Assembly (NCBI GenBank): GCA_030704615.1
Contig: CM060733.1
Coordinates: 59,024,001 to 59,088,000 of the forward strand
DNA from: Takakia lepidozioides
Lineage: Eukaryota > Plantae > Bryophyta
Length of the DNA: 64,000 nt
Reading direction: 5' to 3'
The notes under the pieces are model-generated. The model made no database searches, was not told where the DNA came from, and was given only the letters and a program-made list of their open reading frames with translations. Positions 40,826-54,917 of the stretch are shown here, in pieces. Numbering within the stretch: the stretch's first letter is position 1; every line of letters begins with the position of its first letter. A program made the translations under genes and the position numbers.

Positions 40826-43777
40826 ATGCTACCGTCAGTGGCCTGGCTGATTCAGTTCGCCGTTTGTGCACATGGAGGAGATACAATCGTCCAATATTCG
40901 GTCTGTTGTCGGGTAAGGATCTGTCTCCTCGCCATGATGCGATCGAATGGTGGTTGTCACCTGGTCTACAGGAGGCTGTGGTTGAAATATGGTTGCTCAG
41001 CTGCACACCGGTGGTTTTCACAGAAGATTCCAGGGGCACCTGACTTCAAACATAAGCGCAGAAAGGAGGTCCTTTGGACTGAGAATTGGGCAAAACCTTC
41101 CTGGGTGAAAGCAAAGCTAGCTGCCATGATACAGGGTCGAGGACAGCCTTGTCATATTTCTGATGCCGGTGTTAATTTTGGAGCTCGGGGTCCCCAACAC
41201 AACAGGTATTTTTTTTGCTGACGATGCAAGGGTAAAACTCAAATAGATGGAATGAGGAAGGGTTAATATTCAAAGGAAACGACTGCACTAGTGTTCTAAC
41301 TCCCACAATTTTACCAAGCAGCTGATTTTTTCTTTAGAGATATACGAGGAGCTTCAAGAGGCATTAGGTGAGTTTAAGTTTGAAGATATATACCTGATCA
41401 TCTTGACTTATGCAGGATGGCATGGCTGAATCAGGCAAGATTGTTTGTTGGGCTTCAGACTGGTGGTAGGGATAGCACCACCTTCACTGCTTCTGAAATT
41501 GAATCTAGAGAGGGAGTCAACAAAATCTGTTCTGGCACTGATGGGAATGTGCAGATATTATCTGAGAGAAGACGACCGAAAGAGGTGATACACTTTTTGA
41601 ACCAACCAGGCATTCGGGTAGACTGCAATACTTATGTATGTCTCTTACAGGAGTGTATCAACATGAAAGACCTAGTAGAGGGAAAGGAGGTGCATGCACA
41701 CCTTATTCAAAGTGGATTCAAGCCAAACCTCTATCTACTGAACGCCCTTATCAACATGTATGTCAAGTGTGGGAGTGTGGTGGATGCACAACAAGTGTTT
41801 GATGTAATGCCTGCACGGGACATACTTACATGGACAATGATGATGGCAGGATATGCCAAGCAAGGGCAGGCTGAGGAGGCATTGAAAATCTATGAGCAAA
41901 TGCAACAGGAAGGGGTGACCCCTGACAGGATAACATTCATTTGCATTCTCAATGCCTGTTCCAGCCAAGGTGACCTAGAAACGGGCAAAGAAGTCCATGC
42001 TGACATAATCAAAGCTGGTATTGCATCTTATATTAAGTTGGAGAACGCCCTTGTTGACATGTATGCCAAATGTGGGACTATGAAGAATGCAAGTCAAGTG
42101 TTTGACAATATGGCTAAACGAGATGTGGTCTCATGGAACACCATGATTGCAGGATATGCTCAGCATGGGTGTGGTAAAGAGGCTTTCAAGATGTACGAGC
42201 AAATGCAACAGGAAGGGGTGATGCCCAACAGAGTGACTTTCATCGGCCTTCTCAATTCATGTGCAAGCCTGAGAGCTCTAGAAAAGGGCAAAGAGGTACA
42301 CAATGACATCATCAAAGCTGGAATTAGGTCATATATTAATTTGGAAAATACTCTTCTTGAGATGTATGTAAAGTCCGGGAGCATGAAGGATGCTCATCAA
42401 GTGTTTGAACATATGGCTAAACGCAATGTGGTATCATGGAGTGCGATGATTTCAGGATATATCCAGCATGGATGTGATAGGGAGGCATTTGACATCTACG
42501 AGCAAATGCGACAGGCAGGAATGATGCCTGACAATGTGACTCTCATTCGTATTTTTGAAGTGTGTGCTAACCTAGGAACCCTGGAAAAGGGCAAGCAGAT
42601 GCATGGTGATATCATCAAAATGGAGGTGGGGTCAGATATTTTTTTGGAGACTGCCCTTGTTGACATGTATGCCAAATGCAAGAGCATGAAGGATGCACGC
42701 CAGGTCTTCGACAATATGGCTAAACGAGACGTGGTCTCATGGAGTGCCATGATCACAGGATATGCTCAGCATGGGTGTGGTTGGGAGGCTTTGAAGATTT
42801 ATGAGCAAATGCAACAAGAAGGGTTGATGCCCAATAGGGTGACGTTCATTGGTGTTCTCAATGCATGTGCCAGCCTAGGAGCCCTGGAAAAGGGCAAAGA
42901 GGTACACGCTGACATTATCAAAGCTGGAATCGGGACATACATAAATTTGGAGACGACCCTGGTCGACATGTATGCCAAATGTGGAAGCATGAAGGATGCG
43001 TGTCAGGTGTTCAACCGTATGGCTAAGCGAAATGTGGTCTCATGGAATGCCTTGATGACGGGATTTGCTCAGCATGGGTGTGGTATAGATGCTCTAAATT
43101 TGTATGGGCAGATGCAACAGGAAGGGGTGGTGCCAGACAAGGTCACATTCATTTGTGTTCTCAAAGCATGTACTAGCCTAGGAGCCCTGGAAACAGGCAA
43201 AGAGGTCCATGCACACATTATCAAAGCTGGAGTTGTGGCCTATGTTAATCTGGACAATGCCCTTGTTGACATGTATGCTAAATGTGGGAGCATACTGGAC
43301 GCACGTCAAGTGTTTGACAACATGGCCAAAAGAGATGGGTTCTCATGGAGTACGATGATCACGGGATGTGCCCAGCATGGGTGTGGTAGGGATGCCCTGC
43401 AACTGTTTGAACAAATGCAACAGGAAGGCCTGAAGCCGACTGGTATTACATTCATCTCTCTTCTCTCTGCATGTAGCCACATGGGCCTAGTGGATGAAGG
43501 CCATCACTACTTTGATTCCATGATTCGAGATCATGGCGTCACACCTACAGGAGAGCATTTCAGCTGCATCGTGGACCTTCTTGGCCGTGCAGGCCGCTTG
43601 GATGAGGCAGAGAATTTCATTAAAAAAATGCCTATTGAAGCAAATGCTTCGATGTGGGGTGCACTGCTTGGTTCTTGCAGCATTCATGGCGACATGGAGT
43701 TAGGAGAACGTGCCGCAAAAAGCTTTCTCAAGGGGGATCCACAGAACACAACAACAGAGGTGTCAGTAAGAAGCTAG
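40826..43777 (+). CDS. PLS-class pentatricopeptide repeat protein ending after the E1 motif
   Basis: 786-aa open ORF of regular 101-aa P-L-S triplets (MYAKCGS..A..VFD.M.KRDVVSW..MI.GYAQHG), followed by LLSACSH.GLVDEG, CIVDLLGRAG.LDEA and WGALL. A probable targeting-peptide exon ~40826-41205 splices in frame to 41416; the start codon is uncertain. Confidence 0.93.
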
Positions 43778-44129
43778 GACGCAGCTGCTTTGAGGTCAAC
43801 AATTCTGTGCATACATTTATCGTAGAAGACAACTTGCATCCACTAATTTGAGCAAATCCCTGCTGAGCTGAAGAGATCGTCTGAGCTGATGAGGGCAGCT
43901 GGGTATGTACAAGCACTTTGTGTTGCAAAAGGAACTTTCTCTTTGCCACCGCTGTGAGATGCAGGCTATTGCATTTGGTCTCATCAGCATGGCCCCTGGG
44001 ACACCTATCCGTGTCACAAAGAATCTTTGGATATGTCTTGAAGATTGTTGAGCAAGCAGTTGTTGTATGGGATGCCAACCGCTTCCACCGCTTCCAAGGT
44101 GGGGATTATTCTTGTGGGATTGCTGGTAA
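43760..44129 (+). pseudogene. Decayed PG-box/DYW cytidine deaminase domain
   Basis: Out-of-frame pieces: GVSKKLGRSCFEVNNSVHTF..HP; [27 protein letters not shown]; VVWDANRFHRF.GG..SCG; terminal GAT TGC TGG TAA (DCW*). Confidence 0.88.
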
Positions 44130-45429
44130 GACGAGTAACATGCATGAAAGCAAGTGTGCCACTGGAAACATGAGGAAGGTGAAAAAATGTAATTTGACAT
44201 TATTTTGCAAGAACCATAAAGTGTCATTGCATGCAACAAGCTGCACATTATTGAAGAACACCATGCCTTCTCAAAATTTTACCTCCTCTGCAACTGCATG
44301 TCTGAACACACACTTATTATGCTTAGGCCATCCAATCACTTCATGTGCATTTTTCAAAAACAGGCTCAGCTCCCTAGCTACACTAATCTCACAAGGATGA
44401 ACAGCTGCACCCCATTGATAACTATTTCAACCAAAAACCAGTTTATTGATCCCCTCTCAACCAACCTTCTCAACCAACCTCCCCACACTTCAAATCCAGC
44501 ACATCATCCACATCCACATTTCTGAAATTTAAGCACCCGCATAATTATGCTCATAATACCCTCAGATATTTAGGAATATTTATGCATTTGCTAATGCAAA
44601 CACTCATAAATGAGTACAAACTCAATCATATGCCATTAATTGAGTCCAAACGGGGAATGCTAGATCGTGAGCACCTCACATGAGCAAAAACAGTGCTCAC
44701 GTTTCCAAGGTGATCATGAACGCATGGGACCTATAACCGCAGACACCAGAGCTATAGATGGCCTATTACCGAGGGAAGTAGTTGCGAAAAGTAGGGCCGA
44801 AGTTCAAATTACTGGCAACAAAAGAAGTCCACAAATGGGATGATTCTCCCTCGATGTTTAGGAAATGTCTGTATATGGCTTAGCAATAACAACAGTGAAG
44901 AGCCATGTTTACTTTTTGGACAAGAAGCAATGTGAAAATGAGGTCGACAAATGATTCAATACCACATTATGTTTAAATAATCCCAATCAGCTGACATTGT
45001 CGAAATCATCATTCAAACTCACATTTGAAAATGACACAGACAAAGTGATTCCATAAACCTCACTATCAGAAGTCGATTTCAGCTGCCCAAATCATGCAGA
45101 AGTCATGATTGAAGAATGGAATTGGAAGCTACGAAACATGGAGATGAAGTACAATCATAGAAGAAATATGTGTAGACAACCTTTAGCATAGCCAAGTTGC
45201 ATTGGAACTGGAACTCGGGTGCAAATGCAAGATCCGTTATGCGGAATTGCTTCATGAAGCCAAAGAGAAGTTACTTCCGTTGGCCATCCATCTAGCATTT
45301 CAGATAGACAATGGGAGGGTTTCGTGACCATAGTAAGTGTTCCTATTCATGCTTTGAGAATTCTGAATGTTGGATGTTGAGTGTTGAATGCTTGTGCTTG
45401 CATTAGTCCTTGTGCTCAAATTTCAATTT

Positions 45430-45630
45430 CACTGCTAAAACTACATGAAAAGGGGGGGTATAGCGACGCCACTGCGACGTCACTAAAACCCCCAGGGTAG
45501 AAGCCCCAGATTGCGACGCCTGGGCATTGCAGCGGCGTCGCTAGAATATCGTCGCTAATTTGACGTATGGGGGTCGCTAGGTAACGCCGAGACGACTTGC
45601 GACGCCGGCGCGACTTGCGACCCCCGAAGC
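45430..45630 (+). mobile_element. CACTA-like element terminus with subterminal repeat array
   Basis: Starts CACTG, followed by about 10 direct and inverted GCGAC(G)/(C)GTCGC motifs. The second end was not found. Confidence 0.6.
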
Positions 45631-45899
45631 ACGCATTTATTTATTTATTTATTTATATTTCCTTATTTGCGATGCCACATTAGCAACGTCCGGAAGGGTG
45701 CCAAGTTTCCGCTTACACGAACCAAATCTCTCCTCACCTTCAAGATGTGTGACCCTTAACTGCAAAAATGTTCCCAATGTGCAATCATTCACTACGTTTG
45801 TCATCTTTGTAGGATCTCCTAATTTTGCTGAAGCCCTGAGCAGCAACTCTGCCCTATCTGGTTCCCTACCACCACCTCGTCCTCTCAGGAAATCATGAT

Positions 45900-46530
45900 A
45901 CCTTAAATGTTGTGAAAGTGCACGAACACCGACATTTACAGGATTGTTCAAACCATTCGGAGTGCAGGAAGCGAAGCCTTGTAAGTTCTGGTTATGTCAT
46001 GATGACATTGGACGTTGTGTGATGGGGACTGTTCGTGAATCGGTGATAATGAAGCCTGAAATACCAATCGTGTGGTCAGTTAGATAGGAGTCTCTCTTTC
46101 CAGACATGAGATGGATATGCTGGAGGACGTTGGGTTCCCGCCTTCCTAGAGGCCCAACTGTGCTTACGCCCATCTCCCATTGCCTTTGCCTGGCGTAAGA
46201 TGTGTACCTCCTCCGGGTGCCAATGATTGGCCCACCAAAAGGAATGGAAAACAGGTGCGTCGGGTTGAACCAAGTGCAGATCATGAGTGCAAGGTGAAAT
46301 CTGCAAAAACCCTCGAGTGTCGGGTGACACAAATTATAGATGTCCCTCTGCAGGCTATGGGCGGGTGTAGTCACCTCTGGATATGTTGTTCATGACGGTA
46401 CTTATGAGATTACAATTCGCAATTTTCCGAATTGCACTTGCCCGGATTTCTGGAGTGTGCTTTCAAGCTCTCTTGGGAAGAGAGGGAAATATGTCCCGTG
46501 CAAGCATATATACTACATCTACCTCCAGAG
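45900..46530 (+). pseudogene. SWIM zinc-finger transposon-associated coding relic
   Basis: YEITIRNFPNCTCPDF..SSLGKRGKYVPCKHIYYI (CxC..CxH); upstream frameshifted FWLCHDDIGRCVMGT..PIVW. Confidence 0.7.
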
Positions 46531-46532
46531 GC

Positions 46533-46597
46533 TCCCCTTCTTCTTTGCTTCTGTTTGCTGTTCAAAGGTAGGCTTCCCGCTCTGGGTTTAAATTTCA
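46533..46597 (-). mobile_element. Short fragment of the same LINE family next to an (AG)n tract
   Basis: Encodes KF.PRAGSLPLNSKQKQR, matching LINE copy B at ~31000-31060; (AG)n at 46605-46630. Confidence 0.8.
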
Positions 46598-46790
46598 CCC
46601 TTTTAGAGAGAGAGGAAGAGAGAGAGAGAGAACTTTTACGCATATTAGATCTTCTGATTTACATCCAGATTGCTCAACACAAAAATAGGTGGTCCCAAGC
46701 ACTAGCAATAGCAAGCACCTTTCATTAGACTTGAGGACACCAGTAGTGATTTTGGCATAGTCCAACCCAGAACACATGAACACAGGGATT

Positions 46791-49700
46791 CTACACTGCC
46801 ACTACCCAATCCATGTTGTCTTCAGCACGCCCCATTTGAATATTGGTTAGGGCAGCATAGAGCTCTTGGGCCACTTCTCCCACCTCTCCATTATTGTACT
46901 TTTGTCTGCATTCATAGCACACATTCAAGGCATCAAATTTCTTTCCAGATGTATGACACTGTAACACATGCCTCAAACATACATACCTTTGAGTACTCAT
47001 GTACATATGTAAACACCTATTCTCTTTGACGCACTACTGTAACAGATGGACACATACAGGAGAGCCCACATGCTGTACTTATAGGTCAGCCCCTCACCTC
47101 AAACTAGCTAATTGTAGCAATTATTATAATGTATGGTAAAATGCAAACCTTCTAGACTCGTAAGTGATACTGCCAACAGGGTTCACCACAACAGCAGTTC
47201 CCGTACAGAATACTTCATCAGCATCCAGCAGCTCATCCACCTCAACCGGCCGTTCCGTTACCTGCCCATCAAAAAGGAAGAACTTGATCTGAAACCTCAC
47301 CAGAGACCTTAAGGCTAACACATTGAGCAACATCAAAAAGTGTAGAATCAAGAGTTCCTTACAGAAATGCAAGTGACATAGATACGTGTGACCTAAATAA
47401 GCATGCAGAGCTGTTGTATCTCTTAAGTCTGTGCCTTGAAATCCCTTGAAACCCAAACAGATAACCACAAGGATTGAAGCTGTGAGAACATGCCTTGTAA
47501 CCCCGAATGCGTGCCAAGTCAATGATGCTCTTCCTGGTAATGCCTGGCAGTATGGTTCCTGTCAACTCTGGTGTCGAGATCACATCATTCTGCAACCACA
47601 TTCGAGAAATAGAGCACTCAAAAAAATTGTCCTACAATAGCAAAGAGATGGAAGACAAAATGCTTAATTGCTCTTTGAGTTTTCGGGGCAGGCCCCCTCC
47701 CCCTCTCTGGTTTTTCTGGTGTTGATGGTCTCTCTCGGTAAAGCTTTTCCTCTTTCCTAGGAAAAAAGGTGCTTAACTGGACCAATTACTTGGAGATTCT
47801 CATCAGACATCCCCAATATAAGAACAGAGGATTACAGGTGTGACAGCACTTGCAACCAGTCACTCCACGGCCCCTGAATTCTGACTGGCAAGTCAGAAGT
47901 TGGCAGTCAATATGTACCATGTTGAAGAACTGATACTAATCCAAACTAGCTCAGGCAGCACAGCCTCATTCTGGCAGAGAATCCGAGACTGACACGCTGT
48001 GTGTCAAGTCACTATTGTTCTATGCAGGACACATGCACACCAAGCTTCAGAGATAGTACTTAAAGAAACAAACCTTGACAATGAAGATATTGCATGCTGA
48101 AACCTCCTCCACATACTTGTTTTCTACAGCATCCAAATACAGAACATCTGAGTAGCCCTTGCTCTTGGCTGTCAACTGTGTCTTGAGCACCTGCAGCAGA
48201 AAGACAACATATCAGTGATTTTGATGAATCTCAACTTGATCAAACAACTTCCAGTGGCAAGCCTGATTTTTCCATATGAAAAAGGTTCACCCACTCTGTA
48301 GCTAATTTATTATTTTTGTCCACACAGAGTCCAGACTTAGCCAGCAACTCATTTCAAGCTTTGTCCTCATCCACAAGGCTCTGCTTGATGTCTCTTTGCT
48401 CAGATCCCTCGAGAAAATTATTCAGTTGTGCTCATAAAGAAACCTCGTTATCAAAAAAGGGATGGAGTTACTGGAGCATAGTTGCCAATAGTCTTTACGC
48501 CTCCAGTCCCACCCGGTGCTGCCCGGTGATAATATCCTTCTACTTTCAAATCAATTGGTGCCAATCCTCCCTGCCAACACATATATGCCAATATTGAAAA
48601 TACTGGGGGAATTTGGGGGCCCAGAGAATAAGTGAAATAAATGATTTCCGAAGAAAGGAATGGAACAGTGGGAGCAAGAACCACAACATGCACAGGGCAC
48701 TTAAGAGAACCTACAAAGGAGAACGCAAAGTTTGCAGCCAGTCTGTACTTTACAGGAGGATGGGGTGATTAGAGTGCAACCATTGATGCTTCAAGAGAAA
48801 GATCTACTCCCATTTCCAAGACTTGTACCAACCTGTAAATTAACATGTGAGATCAGCATCATGATGAAGCTACATTAGCAAATCCTGATCATGGGTATCA
48901 GCCTCACTGTGAAGCTGCCCTAACAGTTAGAAGTATGGAGCCTACCTTGAAGTAGCAGCCCACAGGGGAGACAAAGATCACAAACATGTACTCTGGAGCT
49001 GGCGCCACGCCCAAAACAGAGCCAGACCCAAAAAGCAAGGGTCGAATATAGAGAGAGCCTTTCCCAGGTGGCGGAATCTGTCACAGCATGAATTTTTTCA
49101 GCATCAGCCAGAGACTACTGATCACCCTTCAACCCCCTTTGAACATCTGATCTTACTTTTAAGTGTTCTACTCAATGTCAAAATGGATCACTCTCACAAA
49201 TGCACTACCCCTGTCCCTCTTCCACTCTTATTACATGTCAATGTCAGTCCCAGACTGATTGGAAAATTCAACACACTCTGACATGAGTTAGACAATGCGT
49301 CAAGAGAGTGTGGGTTGATCAAATCTGTTCAGACAGGATAGCAAACACATCAAGCAAAGAAGGGCATACATATTGCTAGTCTGAAAGATCCACAGACTCA
49401 AAAACTGTGTGCCAGCATAAAAGTTTTCTTGTAAATGTTAGAGGGGAAAAATACCCAGCGCTTGTTGGCCAGTACAGTTTGTTTTACGGCATTCACAAAC
49501 ACTTCCACAGGAAGGGTTGGCATACTCAAGCGGTCAGCACCTGCAATCATTCGTGCAGCATTTTCTTCTGGCCGAAACATTAGAATGCGGCCATCATCAG
49601 CTCTATATGCCTTCAAGCCCTCAAACAGTCCCTGCCACATACCGTCATGATTTCACTGATTAGTCATAAAGAGGTTGCAGTTGGTTCTGTGTGCATGTAT

Positions 49701-51368
49701 GCTTCTGTCAGTTTATGTCTTCTCCCTAAAAGAGGCAACCATTGTGACAACAGCAAACAGTTTGATATATTGTAACCTTGTTTCTTTGGGATAAGAGGGC
49801 CTCCTTGAAGGCTGAAACCAACTGCCACTTCATCTCTTCTTGAGAGATTGACATAATACCCCAAGCTGTGGCCCTCCTGGGTGCTGAAATATATGGTAGA
49901 AGGATGACAGGTAAGAGCTTTCTTGAGGAGTTTTGGAATGACTCGAAAGATTCACAATCTGCGTAGTAGGCCACATTCTGCTCCCACCCTGTTCACCTCT
50001 CATCTCTCTGTCCACAGCAGAAAGGGGTTCCATGCCTACAAGGCTACAGCAAGCAAAGTGCAATGAGTAAGCTCCTCTCTTGTATGTGGGCATCTGCAAC
50101 ACACCATATACTGTTAGACAGACGAAAAAACAGATGCATTACCTGTCCATAATTCAACACACCAGCACACGGGCTAAGCTCCAGGTTGCCAAAAGGATGA
50201 AGTTGGCCCTTGCCCCACTTGCCCCCTTGCTCACACTTCAGTATGTACATAAAATCTGTTGGATGGAGTCCAAATCCGAAGTTGTCCCAATCAATGCCCG
50301 CCAATGTGTCGACCTCCCTGCTATGTGAGTCCCAACAACATTGTCTCACATTATCGCCCACCAATCTCATCAGCAAGTTCATGAATATAGAAAACATATG
50401 TATGGACAAGGGAGTACAATACAGGTCCTTAGTGCGACACAAGGCTTCAGCACCTCATCAGTGGTGGAAATGTCTATGGTGCAGGGTAGTAACTTTTCTA
50501 TACAAGACAGCTTTGCTAGGAGAATGTGACATCCAAAAGACAGATACATCACCATGAACAACACAAGACCAAATGCCTTAGAAAATATGTAACGCCCCCT
50601 AAACTTAAAACACTTCATGGTTTTGGAATAGAATCAACAAACTATAACTCCATTCACACCTGGTCGAATTGATAGCTTCTGACTGGATTGCTTGCACACT
50701 AGGCCCTTTTGTCTGAAGCCTTACTCCTTGGAAACCTACATTTCTATCTTGATGAGTGGTCTGCATCCTTGACATTCCCTACCAGCCAATCTTATCATAA
50801 AAACAAAGTGTGGTTCTGAGAAATCTTACTACCCAGTGCTTATAACCAGGAGGGAAGAAAGGCTTGGTCCAAATATGGGACCTGCTGATCTATCTTGAGA
50901 TGTTTAACCATAAAAATGTCTGAAAATGCGTCTCGGACAATATAGCCTTTCCTATTAGAGGCATTGGACAGCATTCAACCCCAGAATGTGACGGCCAGCC
51001 CTCCACTGAGATCTCCAGTATTTTGAGCACATCCACAATTATCCACTTCCTATCTTCACAAAGCCTCCCCAAGCTTAAACACGCAAATTTTTTTGCGCTG
51101 CTAGCAAGCCAAGTTCCAAACTCCAAAAACACTGATATATGTCATCCAAGCCACAATCCAAATTCGGAATGTTTGCAAAGGAGATTAATGGAATGCATGC
51201 GCTTACAAAAAGAGATGAAGAGAAGCCTTGGGATAATCCTAGCAACCGTGGTGGAGATTTACTGCCACATGCTAACCGCATCGGCCTCATATCAGTGCAC
51301 GAGGACGAGAAACGCCACTCCTGCAGCTTGGGCAGAGGTATCAGCCGCCTACTGCACTCCAAATCCAT
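46791..51368 (-). CDS. BCAT: Branched-chain amino acid aminotransferase
   Basis: Exons with [113 protein letters not shown] and IQMGRAED..W. The start at 51368 is probable; N-terminal exon structure is not fully resolved. Confidence 0.95.
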
Positions 51369-52273
51369 TGCGCTGCCTCACTCTCTCTGTACCTGCTACA
51401 CAGATCTTCGCCTCCACAGATGCTCACTTGATGGATCCTGTCGTCTTCACTCCAAGCGCTATCACGCCCAAATCGAAGTGCCCAACCGATAATTGATATA
51501 TCAAATCAGACATTCCACGTACCCAACTAAGAACTTATGATTATAAGCCAATCTTGTATTTCGTTTTCGTTTTCTTTTTCTTTTTCCAAACTTGAGAAGC
51601 AAGCAACCACAGATGTGACAGTCAGGCTTGTTTGAGCAAGACTCCTTTTTGGCAGTAGGAAAGAGCTCGGGAAAGCCCTGTGCATCATGAGTAGGCAACA
51701 TCAGCTACGCACACTGACATACCCAGGGGACTCGAGGAGAATTCAATGGAAGTATACCGTACATACATTTCTCTTCTCGACAGTGAAGTGGGAACAATTT
51801 GTACGTTTCTCGCATACATTCAAATTTGAATACACATCCTTTCCCCGAGATTTGAATGTAAACGTACATGCGAATCTCGGAACGGCGTCACCCATCAATC
51901 GGTGTACACTATAGAGAATCGGACGATCAAAGTTCAAATGCCTGGATTCTTGAGTTCGTATCTCTCTCCAACACCACGACAGAATGTTGAAGTCCCTGCG
52001 AATTTCTTCAGCGGCATTGTGGGACATATAATCGCAATGTCTGTCCCATAGCGCTTGCAACAGTAAGTCAGATTTAGGGGGAGTACTGGATTAGTTGAAG
52101 AGGATGAAGAAGGCTCAGTGGGAGGACGGGTCGTTCTGCTGATTGCTTGAAGAGGAGAGTTATTTGAATCCCCATGTCACTATTGCTGGAAAACTGTCAC
52201 CGGGGATTTCGTTTGGGCGTTAGTTTGTGATTATATACGATGAAGCTTGTTGATCATTGAATTGTTAGAGACC

Positions 52274-53694
52274 ATGGGGTCGAGGGATTGGAACGCCATG
52301 GAGAACAATGACATGTTTGGGCCAAAGAAGAACCACCGAAATCCTCTCGTTCTTTGTGGTACTATCTTTGCTGTGTAACTGATCTTGCACTCTGTTGACA
52401 AGCACAGAGCAATTGCTGTCTCTCTCGAAATTCACTTCTTCCTTCCTCTTACACACAGTTTGAGTACTCATACCAGCAGGCGTCTTAATCCATAACCCCA
52501 GGTGTACCCATTTTGGAATCATACTGAGCGATGGGGATTGTAATTCCTAGGTTTGGAATCAAACCAAGTGGTAAATTGTGGCGTCTTCAAGCAGGTAGTT
52601 ACAACTCACCCCAGCCTCTACAGCCAGTGATACAAACTAAGGGAATTTACAGTGAGGGATTGGCCCGTGGCATTTATAGATGCTGGGTGCTTTGCTCATT
52701 TTCTGTTGCAGTTTTTCTGGGTCACATAGACCTATGGGCCATCTGTGGCCGCGAGCAATTTGTTCTTCTCTTGTTTACGTTGCCAGGGTAAATCTCAATC
52801 TGACAAGTGACATATACTACTGTTCACCGTGGGAGATGGATTGGTTGACAGATTCTCCAGGGTTAGATCAGATCCCAGGGTCATTGGCTGCAACCCTCCA
52901 ATGTCCATGTATCAGCAAAGCCTTGCACGTTGCCTCTGACTGCAGCCAAGCTCGTGCAAGGTCTAAGCACAGATCGATAGAAGCATCTCCTCCTATACAT
53001 GTGAATCCTATGCGAGTCAAGGATATGCTTACCTAATTGTTCGTGCTCATCTATTAAATTGAACTTAGCGGGTTGCTTTTGTGACTATGGAGGGTTACCG
53101 CATCTGCCATCAAATATTTGTTTGGTGAGCACCTCCTTGGTCACTTGTTCTGTTTCTTGCAGGAACTTCCCCTGGTATGTGACAGGCAGTCTCAGTATCC
53201 ATTGTGCCCAGGATATACACGAAAGTACTAACAACACTGGTCCCACATGAATTGTTATTGACAGCTAAGGCTATACCACTGGACAGATAATCGTTGCTGC
53301 TGCTCCTTACTAACCGTAGAGCGGAAGGCAGTAGCCCTGGGTGAAGAAACCCCCTAATTTACTTGGCAGGTGTTAACCTTTGACCTTAGACCCCCTGCCT
53401 AATTTTGATGCAATGTGAGAGAGGTTGAACGAGTATGAAAAGATAGCATAGGGGAGGCTACCACCTTGGCTCACTCTTTTCCCTGAGGTTAATATAAGAA
53501 CTCAATGTGGCCTCATTTGAGTGGCAGGGGCAATTGCAACATCTGGGGTGTTGTTAGCAGGGCTAGTAGCATTCAAGCAGGGAAACAAGAATCGGAGTCA
53601 AATGCTGATGAGGGCACGGGTGGGCTTCCAGGCTGCCACAGTGGCAGTAATGGTTGGATCTGTATACTTCCAAGGAAAAGGGAGTAAATCATGA
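52274..53694 (+). CDS. HIG1 (hypoxia-induced gene) domain small membrane protein
   Basis: Exon 52274-52358 (MGSRDWN..KKNHRNPLVLC) splices in frame to 53528-53694 (GAIATSGVLLAGLVAFKQGN..SQMLMRARVGFQAATVAVMVG..stop). Not shown in the ORF track. Confidence 0.92.
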
Positions 53695-54917
53695 TTGGAC
53701 TTGACCCCATTAAAGAATTCACTCTCATGGATTGTGATGTAGACATGTCTTGAGACCACTGGAATACTATGTGATGTAGTCTGTAGACAAGGATGTTGTC
53801 ATGTATTGGCAGAGAGTAGGATTGAGGGTGGCGTTATGCAAACAGGGTGTAGATGTAGTCAACATCTAAACCCATGTGTGCTTTTATCACATGGAGCAGG
53901 AAGGGGGATAGGGTGGAAGGATGGAGAAGAGAGCAGAATAGGGGTCACTACCATCGATGGCATGCTCTGCTGAACATGGAATTTTTCCCCCACTAGGTGT
54001 CTCAGGCTATGAAATGTGAAATATTAAAAGGAGGAAAGCAAAGGGATAATAATGGCTTCGGTTTCCCCCTCCTTTAGAACCTCCCGACTAATTACCCTGC
54101 ACACCTCCCACTGCTCCTCTGAAAGACCCTGTAACCTGTGTCTAGGAATCCTGAGTAGCTCCCTCCGACCTAAGCGGTCCCTGGCGATTCTGTCATCCAA
54201 ATCAAAGGGGACTCCCTCAGTGAAATCAACATTGTTCCTGACCTTTCTCGACTTTTTCGCAGACTCGATGCCACGCTTCTTCTACTTCGCCCCTCCTTGC
54301 GCAAAATTTTGGAGGATCTCTTGGCCTCCCGTTGCTCCAGCCGCTACTCTGATGTCTCCATCCTTCTATTCTAGAAAGGAAGTTTGGCTTTTACCTTAAG
54401 CTCCCTCAATCATATTCATCACTCTTCTTCGGCCTTTGAGACGGCCGCAGTCTCCCATGCGCATCCAAGCACCCCGACCGAATGTAGAATGCCATCGAGG
54501 CCAGTTCTAAGCTGGAGTTCCCACGCTCCCACGACTGAACAATGCACTCGGGCCCATTTATAGGATGCAGGGCAATGAGATATTCTGAGAAGAGTAAATA
54601 CAACCTACCCAGGTTGTGACTTGTGACCAAGATCTGTTTGGAGTCTGGAACTGCAATCCCAACTTCATAACCAAAGCATAACAACGTCGAACTTTGAGAA
54701 CAAAACGGTAATCGGCGCATCAGTCTTTTTCGTTCGCACGTAGAACAACTGTCAAAAACTCAAATCTCACTATGTATTGCGAACTCCACTTCATTCGTCT
54801 TATGGGAATTGAGTCTGATTTCAAGCCTGAGAATTTGGGTTTAGCCCAGATGGAATGAGGGATTTGGGTTCAGTCCAGATTGTCTGCCGCGCATGGGCAG
54901 ATCACCCAAGCATAGAA

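Noticed and set aside
41735-43687. Antisense ORFs over the PPR gene
   Set aside because: Shadow ORFs of the repetitive sense coding sequence.
44230-45335. Possible LINE and CACTA coding remnants
   Set aside because: Only weak motifs (LGHP; PSSISDRQWEGFV) with many stops; cannot be supported without a search.
45460-45630. CRISPR-like or other regular repeat array
   Set aside because: The motifs are short, irregular and in both orientations, in a eukaryotic context; they fit TE subterminal repeats.
54040-54720. Possible gene or TE fragment on the - strand
   Set aside because: Internal stops and no recognisable domain.
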